NCBI GenBank assembly: GCA_031553035.1
Contig: JAVBLY010000008.1
Location: 134,858 to 198,857, forward strand
Length of the DNA: 64,000 nt
Direction: 5' to 3'
Origin: Anaerovoracaceae bacterium
Lineage (GTDB): Bacteria; Bacillota; Clostridia; Peptostreptococcales; Anaerovoracaceae
The notes under the pieces are model-generated. The model saw nothing but the letters and a program-made list of their open reading frames with translations, searched no databases and was not told where the DNA came from. Below are positions 48,921 to 56,722 of the stretch, in pieces (position 1 is the stretch's first letter; each line of letters starts with the position of its first letter). The position numbers and the translations under genes are program-made.

Positions 48921-49916
48921 ATGCTTACGAGGATCGATTCTGAAAAAAGAGAATACGAGATACTTTCTAAGTTTGCCGCTAAGGCGGCCGAATCTAAAGG
49001 GAGAAAGCTTCCTGAAGAAAAATGCACTTTAAGGACTGATTTCCAGAGGGACAGGGACAGGATAATACATTCCAAAGCCCTGAGAAGGCTCATGCACAAG
49101 ACTCAGGTTTTTCTGTCTCCGGAAGGAGATCACTTCAGGACAAGATTGACCCACACCCTTGAAGTAAGCCAAATTTCAGCTACGATTTCAAGAGCGCTGT
49201 GTCTGAATGAGGACCTGACCGCTGCCATTGCCATGGGTCATGATCTGGGTCATACACCTTTCGGTCACAGCGGTGAGATCATCCTAAATAAGATTTATCC
49301 GGATGGATTCAAGCATAATGAGCAAAGTATAAGAATAGTCGATGTTCTTGAGAGCAGCGGCGGCAAGAGGGGAATGAATCTGACTGAAGAAGTGCGAAAC
49401 GGGATCCTTAATCACACCGGCAGCGGAATACCGTTCACCCTCGAGGGGCAGGTAGTAAAGATAAGCGACCGCATCGCTTATATAAATCACGACATAGACG
49501 ATGCAATAAGGAGCAATGTCATAAATGCCGATGATCTTCCTTCAGAATGCGTGCGGGTCCTGGGAGATACCAAAAAACTGAGAATCGATACGCTTGTCAA
49601 CGATCTGGTGAAAAACAGCGACGGCAAAGACCGGATCATCCAGGGAGAAGAATGCGCATATCACATGGATGAACTGAGAACATATATGTTCAAAAATGTC
49701 TATCATAATGTTAAAGTAAAAAAAGACGAAGAACTTGAAAATGTGGAAAAAATAATAACCGGGCTGTATGATTTTTATCTGGACCATCCTGAGAAACTCC
49801 CGGAGGAATATCGGAATTTAATAGATGAATTCGGAATACAGGAAATGGTCAAAGACCAAATAGCAGGAATGACAGACAGATACGCATTTGAGACATATGA
49901 AGAATTTATTTTATAG
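48921..49916 (+). CDS. dGTPase-like HD-domain triphosphohydrolase
   Basis: FQRDRDRIIHSKALRRL, RTRLTHTLEV, and GHDLGHTPFGH. Confidence 0.85.
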   Translation: MLTRIDSEKREYEILSKFAAKAAESKGRKLPEEKCTLRTDFQRDRDRIIHSKALRRLMHKTQVFLSPEGDHFRTRLTHTLEVSQISATISRALCLNEDLTAAIAMGHDLGHTPFGHSGEIILNKIYPDGFKHNEQSIRIVDVLESSGGKRGMNLTEEVRNGILNHTGSGIPFTLEGQVVKISDRIAYINHDIDDAIRSNVINADDLPSECVRVLGDTKKLRIDTLVNDLVKNSDGKDRIIQGEECAYHMDELRTYMFKNVYHNVKVKKDEELENVEKIITGLYDFYLDHPEKLPEEYRNLIDEFGIQEMVKDQIAGMTDRYAFETYEEFIL

Positions 49917-49935
49917 ACGTCGAAAGGACATTATC

Positions 49936-50364
49936 ATGAAAAAATTTATAACGGCCGTTATATTGATATTGGTACTTGCATCTATGACAGGCTGTGACGG
50001 ATCGGAGGATGAAGATACATATAATTCGGACTGGCAGGGTTCTCTTAAGTCCAGTCAGGGCATTCAGATAAAAGGTGCCAAGGAAGATGTGGTATTTGCA
50101 ACATACAGCGAAGATTCCGAGATAGAAGGATTCATAAACGAACTTGCACTGGATCAATGGGAACCTGCTGATGTCCCGGAAGGCGCCCAAAAGGAATTTA
50201 TAGCAGTTTTTTACAAGGAAGATGCAAACGGCAATGAAAATGTTGTGGGGAATATCACAACATATAAAGACAGTACTGTAGTATCTCTTGATTCTTTAGG
50301 GTTGAGCCTGGCATTTCAAATGCCCGAAAGTGCACTTGATGCCATTCGTAATGCTCAGCCTTAA
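49936..50364 (+). CDS. small lipoprotein, function unknown
   Basis: MKKFITAVILILVLASMTGC lipobox. Confidence 0.55.
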   Translation: MKKFITAVILILVLASMTGCDGSEDEDTYNSDWQGSLKSSQGIQIKGAKEDVVFATYSEDSEIEGFINELALDQWEPADVPEGAQKEFIAVFYKEDANGNENVVGNITTYKDSTVVSLDSLGLSLAFQMPESALDAIRNAQP

Positions 50365-50375
50365 TTGATTTCTGG

Positions 50376-50768
50376 TTATCGGGTTCTCTGATTTTCCTTA
50401 GGGGTGACACACACTCCCTTGGCTCTGCAAACAACGATAGGTTCGTCAAGAACATCTGCAGCACTCGGACTGATATCCGGTCTTACAGCTATTACTTTTC
50501 TTGCCTCAAACTCCATTATTCTGGAAGTCTCACCGTGCTTAGTGATCTCTCCGTATGCTTCGATAAAGTCACCTCCGTAAATAGGCGCCAGGAATTCCAC
50601 ATCGTTGTATTTAAGGAAAAGTCCTTCATCGCCGTCGATTTGAATAAGCAGCTCAGTAGCAACATCTCCGAAAAGGTGCACTGCATGGGCACCGTCTACA
50701 AGATTTCCGCCGTAATGAATATCCTTATGTGAAATCCTCAATCTTATTGTGCTAGTGTACTTGGTCAT
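50376..50768 (-). CDS. kal: 3-aminobutyryl-CoA ammonia-lyase (hotdog fold)
   Basis: 130 aa from the ATG at 50768 (GGGAGGGAAAAATAT upstream). [34 protein letters not shown]...[17 protein letters not shown] matches my recollection of Kal. Lies next to the lysine-fermentation operon. The longer track ORF (to 51005) is an artefact. Confidence 0.75.
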   Translation of the reverse strand: MTKYTSTIRLRISHKDIHYGGNLVDGAHAVHLFGDVATELLIQIDGDEGLFLKYNDVEFLAPIYGGDFIEAYGEITKHGETSRIMEFEARKVIAVRPDISPSAADVLDEPIVVCRAKGVCVTPKENQRTR

Positions 50769-50836
50769 ATATTTTTCCCTCCTGTCAATTATACAATTAT
50801 AATACGTAGTCTTATGAAAAGACAAACTAATATATT

Positions 50837-50852
50837 TGCAAAAAACATGCCA
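50837..50852 (-). promoter_or_regulatory. sigma-54 (-24/-12) promoter of kal
   Basis: The minus strand reads TGGCAT-GTTTT-TTGCA. The -12 element ends 69 nt before the kal ATG. Confidence 0.7.
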
Positions 50853-50880
50853 CTGGGTTATCATGTAAATAGCACAATCT

Positions 50881-50896
50881 GAACCGAAAACGGTTC
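50881..50896. promoter_or_regulatory. inverted repeat GAACC-N6-GGTTC, candidate activator-binding site
   Basis: GAACCGAAAACGGTTC followed by GCGCTA. It has the same core as the palindrome at 53076..53107. Confidence 0.5.
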
Positions 50897-50943
50897 GCGC
50901 TAAGTTGGTCAAATTCAATAAATGTGGACAAAAGGGGATAAAT

Positions 50944-53037
50944 ATGCTACAGGATCTTAGAGAAAAATTTAAATATCGCGGACTCAGAAGATGTCTCGAA
51001 CCCAAAGATGTCTTACCGACTACTGCATGGAAGCTTGATAATTCACCTGGGATCTATCCTGAAGAAATAAGGATATCCGTCAAAAAAGTCATGATGGAAT
51101 CCACCAGTTTCAAACAGGTCTGCATTGAATCAAATGATGAAGCAAACAAGATCATAGACAAGGTAAAAGATATAATCGCTAAGAGAGGGAAGCTTCATAA
51201 TCCGGTGACAGACACAGGAGGACTTCTTTACGGTGTGGTTGAGGAAATAGGTGATTTATATGACAACAAAGCCGGGATCAAGCTTGGCGACAGGGTTATA
51301 TGCAACTCGTCACTTGCTTCCATACCTCTTTTTATTGACAAGATCAATTCAATCGATAAAACTTATTCTCTCATGGATGTGGAAGGTTACGGAATTTTGT
51401 TAAATGATTTTCCGATAGTCAAATATACTGACGAAGTGCCTATCGACCTTTTTATGTTTGCATGTAACGAATCCGGGACTTTATACACTGTAAGTGAATA
51501 TTCCAAAGGCAAACAGGATTTTCTTATAATAGGAGATCACTTTATAAGCAACCTCATGTTCGGTTATGCTATCAAAAAAAGTATAGGCGACAGAGCCCAT
51601 ATCACCTGTCTTCTGGACAAAAAAAGTGAAATGAAGATGACAGGAGGTCGCCTTCAGGAGTTGATGGATTCAACATTTGAAGAAATCCATTATGCAGATA
51701 TCTTAAGTCCTCTTGAGTGTGTAGATAAATTCAATCTTGAGAAGAGATATGACCTTGCTGTAAACTGTGCCGACATACCTGGCGGGGAGACAATCAATGT
51801 AATGGCCGCAAAGGACGGCGGTTCTATTTTTTTCGCTAATATGATTAACAACTACAATACCGCTCTCTATGTAACTGAAGCGATTTCCCGGGTGGTTGAT
51901 ATCAAAGGCGCAGGCGGTTATCTGGAGGAATATGCGGATTTCGATATCGAGCTGGTCAAAGAGATAGCACCGTTTTTTAAAGACACGGTTATAAGTGATA
52001 TCGATATGACTGATGACATGGATTATCCTCTTGGAAGAGAGCAGAAAAGTATAGAGCAGGCGGGATACAGGAAGAGCCTTGCCGATGATTTCATATGTGA
52101 GAGCCGTTCCATGATAACAGTTCTGCAGGAAATACTGAGCGTTGCCAAATACGACTGCAACGTTCTGATAATAGGGGAGACAGGTGTGGGCAAGGAAAAA
52201 GTTGCTAATTTAATACACAAAAACAGCACGAGAAATATGCATCCCTTTGTAAAAGTCAACTGCGCAGCAATAGCGCCCAATCTTCTCGAGTCGGAATTTT
52301 TCGGTTATGAAAAAGGGGCATTTACCGGTGCTACCACTTCAGGCAAACAGGGGTTTTTCGAGATCGCAAATAACGGAATCATGTTTCTTGATGAAGTGGC
52401 AGAACTTCCATTCGACCTTCAGGCCAAGCTTCTGAGAGTCATCCAGGATGGCGAGTTTTACAGGGTGGGCGGTACTGAGCCTGTGAAGACGAATGTCCGC
52501 ATACTCTCAGCTTCAAACAAAGATCTTATGAGGCTTGTTGATGAATCAAAATTCAGAGACGATTTGTATTACCGCCTCAATGTTTTTCCCATAAAAGTGC
52601 CGAATCTTTCGGAAAGGCGGATTGAGGTCCCGACGCTCGCTAAGTATTTTCTTGGAAAATATGCAGAAAAATTTGGTGTAAGCAAAGAGATCAGCAGCGG
52701 TGCACTGGACGTGCTTAAGGAACATGAATGGAAGGGCAATATAAGAGAACTGGAGAATATGGTTCAGCGTGTACTTATCAGCTCTCAGAGCGACAGGATA
52801 ACTGTTATGGATGTGACCAAAGAACTGGATAACGAACTTCTGGAAGGTGGAGAATATATAGATGTGGATTTGAGAACGGATGATGTACTTCCGCTTAAGA
52901 CCCTGGTGGAAGATTTTGAGGGAGGCCTCATAAATAAAGCATGTGAAAAATACGGGTCGACAAGAAAGGCAGCAAAAGCACTTGGCATAAGTCAGACTCA
53001 ACTTGTACGGAAAAGAAGAAGAAATGATAATACATAG
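50944..53037 (+). CDS. sigma-54-dependent transcriptional activator with an N-terminal Kdd-like sensor region
   Basis: AAA+ core with [20 protein letters not shown] and NIRELEN. C-terminal Fis-type [24 protein letters not shown]. The N-terminal ~360 aa aligns with the Kdd product encoded at 53277..54308. Confidence 0.9.
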   Translation: MLQDLREKFKYRGLRRCLEPKDVLPTTAWKLDNSPGIYPEEIRISVKKVMMESTSFKQVCIESNDEANKIIDKVKDIIAKRGKLHNPVTDTGGLLYGVVEEIGDLYDNKAGIKLGDRVICNSSLASIPLFIDKINSIDKTYSLMDVEGYGILLNDFPIVKYTDEVPIDLFMFACNESGTLYTVSEYSKGKQDFLIIGDHFISNLMFGYAIKKSIGDRAHITCLLDKKSEMKMTGGRLQELMDSTFEEIHYADILSPLECVDKFNLEKRYDLAVNCADIPGGETINVMAAKDGGSIFFANMINNYNTALYVTEAISRVVDIKGAGGYLEEYADFDIELVKEIAPFFKDTVISDIDMTDDMDYPLGREQKSIEQAGYRKSLADDFICESRSMITVLQEILSVAKYDCNVLIIGETGVGKEKVANLIHKNSTRNMHPFVKVNCAAIAPNLLESEFFGYEKGAFTGATTSGKQGFFEIANNGIMFLDEVAELPFDLQAKLLRVIQDGEFYRVGGTEPVKTNVRILSASNKDLMRLVDESKFRDDLYYRLNVFPIKVPNLSERRIEVPTLAKYFLGKYAEKFGVSKEISSGALDVLKEHEWKGNIRELENMVQRVLISSQSDRITVMDVTKELDNELLEGGEYIDVDLRTDDVLPLKTLVEDFEGGLINKACEKYGSTRKAAKALGISQTQLVRKRRRNDNT

Positions 53038-53075
53038 TAATACATGATGATATACTGTATATGTTCTTTATAAAG

Positions 53076-53107
53076 ATAATAGCGAACCAATATTGGTTCG
53101 CTATTAT
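53076..53107. promoter_or_regulatory. 32-bp perfect palindrome, candidate upstream activating sequence
   Basis: ATAATAGCGAACCAATATTGGTTCGCTATTAT. Its centre lies about 104 bp upstream of the -24 GG. Confidence 0.6.
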
Positions 53108-53115
53108 GCTGTTAT

Positions 53116-53140
53116 GCACCAAAATCGGTTCGAATAGCGA
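53116..53140. promoter_or_regulatory. second, imperfect activator-site candidate
   Basis: GCACC-AAAATC-GGTTCGAATAGCGA shares the GGTTCG and ATAGCGA words with the palindrome. Confidence 0.4.
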
Positions 53141-53193
53141 TGATCCAATTTTATTAGGCTGTAAATCATCATATTTGCGGTGATATTCATGCT

Positions 53194-53209
53194 TGGCACG
53201 CCTATTGCT
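53194..53209 (+). promoter_or_regulatory. sigma-54 (-24/-12) promoter of the kdd-kamA...kce operon
   Basis: TGGCAC-GCCTA-TTGCT is an exact match to TGGCAC-N5-TTGCW. The -12 element ends 68 nt before the kdd ATG. Confidence 0.85.
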
Positions 53210-53276
53210 ATTATTAGTATGTGAACAAATTAATATGTTTTATGTTTATGAAATAAAAATATATGGAGGGAACAAA

Positions 53277-54308
53277 ATGAAAAAAGGAAATCCGTTCGGA
53301 ACACACAGAGTTATTTCACCAAAAGGGGTTCTGCCTCAGCCGGCAGATGTCATCGACAACACAATGGAGATTTTTGATAACGAAGTACTCATTGATGTCC
53401 AGACACTTAATGTGGACTCTGCCAGTTTCACACAGATCGAAAAGCAGGCAGAAGGTAATATTGAAGAAATCAAAAAGATCATGAAGGGGATCGTCGCTAA
53501 GGCCGGTAAACATAAGAATCCTGTAACAGGTTCAGGTGGAATGCTTATTGGGACAGTCAGGGAAATTGGGCCGGCATATGAAGGTCTGCTAAAAGTAGGG
53601 GACAAAATAGCAACTCTGGTTTCACTTTCACTGACACCCCTCGTTATCGAAGAGATAATCGAAATAAGACCTGACATCGACCAGGTGGATATCAAAGGGC
53701 AGGCAATACTTTTCCAGAGCGGCATCTATGCAGTACTTCCCGACGATATGCCCGAAACTCTTGCATTATCAGTACTTGACGTTGCAGGTGCTCCGGCGCA
53801 GGCAGCAAGAATGGTGCAGGCCGGAGATACGGTTGTGGTAATCGGCGGCGGCGGAAAATCAGGACTTCTCTGTTTGTTTGAAGCAAAGAAAAGAGCCGGA
53901 GTTACGGGCAAGGTCATCTGCGTCGGAGGTTCGGACAAGTCGACAAACAGAGCCAAGAAACTGGGCCTGGCTGATGAATACTTTGCAATGGATGCGACAG
54001 ATGCAGTAGGCATGTATGACAAGATCATGGAACTTACAGACGGACAGCTTGCTGATCTGGTAATCAACTGTGTAAACATAGAGAACACTGAAATGGCTTC
54101 GATTCTGGCATGCAAGGAAAGAGGGATGGTTTACTTCTTCTCAATGGCAACAAGCTTCACAAAAGCAGCCCTCGGCGCGGAAGGCGTAGGAAAAGATGTT
54201 ACTATGATCGTCGGAAACGGTTATGCCAAGGATCATGCCGCTATTGCACTTCAGGTCCTTAGAGATTCACCAGAGATTCGCGAACTATTTGAAGAAATGT
54301 ACGCATGA
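53277..54308 (+). CDS. kdd: L-erythro-3,5-diaminohexanoate dehydrogenase
   Basis: 343 aa. Rossmann loop VVVIGGGGKSG. The size and position beside kamA/kamDE/kce fit Kdd. GGAGGG RBS before the ATG at 53277. Confidence 0.8.
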   Translation: MKKGNPFGTHRVISPKGVLPQPADVIDNTMEIFDNEVLIDVQTLNVDSASFTQIEKQAEGNIEEIKKIMKGIVAKAGKHKNPVTGSGGMLIGTVREIGPAYEGLLKVGDKIATLVSLSLTPLVIEEIIEIRPDIDQVDIKGQAILFQSGIYAVLPDDMPETLALSVLDVAGAPAQAARMVQAGDTVVVIGGGGKSGLLCLFEAKKRAGVTGKVICVGGSDKSTNRAKKLGLADEYFAMDATDAVGMYDKIMELTDGQLADLVINCVNIENTEMASILACKERGMVYFFSMATSFTKAALGAEGVGKDVTMIVGNGYAKDHAAIALQVLRDSPEIRELFEEMYA

Positions 54309-54377
54309 TGCGCATCTGATCTGATATGACAAATATTTAATGATATTCAAAAATGATATGAAGAAGTGAGGTAGATA

Positions 54378-55646
54378 ATGATGGAAAAATATACTTATAG
54401 AAACTGGAAAGACATTCCGCTATACAAAGATGTTACTGAAGAACAGTGGAACGACTGGCACTGGCAGATCAAGAACAGACTGACCACCGTAGAAGAGATC
54501 GGACAAGTCATTAAGCTTACCGAAAAGGACGAAGAGGATATTACTAAGGTCATGGAAGGATTCCGAGTAGGGATCACACCTTACTATGCATCTCTCATGG
54601 ATCCCGACGATCTTAAAGATCCCGTAAGACTTCAGGCGGTACCGACTTTGGCCGAGTCTAAGAGAGGATCGGCAGACATGGAAGATCCGCTTCATGAGGA
54701 TGAAGACTCACCGGCTCCCGGCCTTACTCACAGATATCCCGACAGAGTACTTTTCTTGATCACAGACCAGTGCTCAATGTACTGCAGGCACTGTACAAGG
54801 AGAAGACTTGCAGGCGAAAAAGACGGAGCAAGATCAAGAGCAGATATAGATGCATGTATTGCATATGTAAAGAAAACACCTCAGGTAAGAGACGTCCTGC
54901 TTTCCGGCGGTGACTGCCTTTGCGTATCAGATGATACATTAGAATACATAATCAGCGAACTTAGAAAGATCGAACATGTCCAGATCGTAAGACTGGGGTC
55001 AAGAACACCTGTTGTTATGCCTCAGAGAATCACAGACAACCTCGTTAACATGCTGAAAAAATATCATCCAATATGGCTCAATACTCATTTCAACCATCCA
55101 AAGGAAATGACTCCCGAAGCAATCGCGGCCTGTGCAAAGCTGGCCGATGCAGGAATACCGCTGGGCAACCAATCTGTACTTTTAAGAGGCGTCAACGACA
55201 CTCCTGATGTAATGAGGGAATTAGTTCATGTTCTTGTCGCAAACAGGGTAAGACCGTATTACATTTACCAGTGTGATCTGAGTCTTGGAATAGAACACTT
55301 CAGAACAAAAGTATCAAAGGGAATAGAGCTTATCGAATGTTTGAGAGGACATACTTCAGGATTCTGCGTTCCAACTTTTGTGGTAGACGCTCCGGGCGGC
55401 GGCGGGAAGACCCCGGTTATGCCACAGTACGTAATTTCACAGACACCGGATAAGGTGATCCTGAGAAACTACGAAGGAGTCATCACAACCTATACAGAAC
55501 CTAAGATCAATGAACTGGATCCTGAATATGATGAGACAATCGGTACCACAGCTTATGAGTATGACGGCGTAGCATCTCTTGCCACCGGTAAGCAGATGGC
55601 TCTGGAGCCTGGCAATCTGGAAAGACATAATCGAAACAAAAAATAG
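54378..55646 (+). CDS. kamA: L-lysine 2,3-aminomutase (radical SAM, PLP)
   Basis: CSMYCRHCTRR (CxxxCxxC), and RYPDRVLFLITDQC and GGDCL-type blocks. Confidence 0.95.
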   Translation: MMEKYTYRNWKDIPLYKDVTEEQWNDWHWQIKNRLTTVEEIGQVIKLTEKDEEDITKVMEGFRVGITPYYASLMDPDDLKDPVRLQAVPTLAESKRGSADMEDPLHEDEDSPAPGLTHRYPDRVLFLITDQCSMYCRHCTRRRLAGEKDGARSRADIDACIAYVKKTPQVRDVLLSGGDCLCVSDDTLEYIISELRKIEHVQIVRLGSRTPVVMPQRITDNLVNMLKKYHPIWLNTHFNHPKEMTPEAIAACAKLADAGIPLGNQSVLLRGVNDTPDVMRELVHVLVANRVRPYYIYQCDLSLGIEHFRTKVSKGIELIECLRGHTSGFCVPTFVVDAPGGGGKTPVMPQYVISQTPDKVILRNYEGVITTYTEPKINELDPEYDETIGTTAYEYDGVASLATGKQMALEPGNLERHNRNKK

Positions 55647-55675
55647 ACATTTGGACATAGACATAAGGAATTCGA

Positions 55676-56710
55676 ATGAAACTGTATGATGAAGTACTAA
55701 ATAAATATGATGTTCTTTCTCTCGTAGGCATGTCCAAGAATGCGGGCAAGACAACCGCCCTCAATTATCTCATCGAGGAAGCCTACGACGAGGATGTCAT
55801 CCCCGGAATCACCTCCACCGGAAGAGACGGTGAAGGAACGGATCTGGTTACAGGAACTGAGAAGCCGAAGGTCTATGTGTATGAAGACAGTATCGTCACC
55901 ATACCCATTGATCTCTTCGACATAGCTGATGCCGGTCTTGAGATCCTCAGCAGAACTAATTATCATTCGACATTCGGAAGCATACTCATGTGCAGGGTAC
56001 TGGATGAAGGATTTGTTCAGGTGGCAGGTCCCACTTCAACAGCTGACCAGAGAAAGCTCAGCAGGGAAATGCTGGAACTGGGTGCAGACATCATACTTAT
56101 CGACGGTGCGATAGACAGGCGTTCAATAGCTTCACCGTTTGCTTCAGATGCCATAATCCTGTCAACCGGAGCAGTACTGTCAAGGGATATGGATATAGTG
56201 GTAATGGATACCATGCATGTGGTCGAACTTTATACTCTGCCTGAATTTGGGTCAGAAGGTAAAGAAAAACAGTATGCAGAAAAGCTTAATGCACCGGGAT
56301 ACTGTGAAAGTACAGTGATCATGAGAAAAGATAAACTGGAAATACAAAGTTGTCAAACCGGTCTGATGGCAGGCAACAAACTGGACAGGCAGATCGATGA
56401 TGAAACGGAATTCCTGTATTTACCGGGAGCTCTTACTACTTCGACTTTGGAATACATTATGCCTGAAAAACTCAGGCAGATCACCTTTGTGGTCAAGGAC
56501 CCCACCAAGATATTCATTGACAGGGTGTCGTACCGAAGGCTTAAGAAAAAAGGTCTGAAAATCAAGGTTCTTAAGGGCATAAAGGTAGCTGCCATAACAG
56601 TTAATCCGTATTCTCCCGAAGGATATTCTTTCGGAAACAATATGCTTCTTGAAGCAATGCGGGATGCTGCAGGCGATCTTCCGGTAATAGATGTAAAAAA
56701 ACCTGATTAA
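55676..56710 (+). CDS. P-loop NTPase-like protein of unknown function, embedded in the lysine operon
   Basis: N-terminal Walker A LVGMSKNAGKTT. 344 aa. I recognise no other motif. Confidence 0.55.
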   Translation: MKLYDEVLNKYDVLSLVGMSKNAGKTTALNYLIEEAYDEDVIPGITSTGRDGEGTDLVTGTEKPKVYVYEDSIVTIPIDLFDIADAGLEILSRTNYHSTFGSILMCRVLDEGFVQVAGPTSTADQRKLSREMLELGADIILIDGAIDRRSIASPFASDAIILSTGAVLSRDMDIVVMDTMHVVELYTLPEFGSEGKEKQYAEKLNAPGYCESTVIMRKDKLEIQSCQTGLMAGNKLDRQIDDETEFLYLPGALTTSTLEYIMPEKLRQITFVVKDPTKIFIDRVSYRRLKKKGLKIKVLKGIKVAAITVNPYSPEGYSFGNNMLLEAMRDAAGDLPVIDVKKPD

Positions 56711-56722
56711 GAGGAGATAGAT

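Noticed and set aside
50769-51005. N-terminal 79-aa extension of the kal ORF in the track (209 aa)
   Set aside because: The extension runs across the kal sigma-54 promoter and into the regulator's coding start. A strong GGGAGGG RBS precedes the internal ATG at 50768, which gives the expected ~130-aa hotdog protein.
53076-53107. The 32-bp palindrome interpreted as the intrinsic terminator of the regulator gene
   Set aside because: It is followed by ATGCTGTT rather than a U-tract. Its core recurs at the kal promoter, and it sits at classical UAS distance from the -24/-12 promoter. A dual role cannot be excluded.
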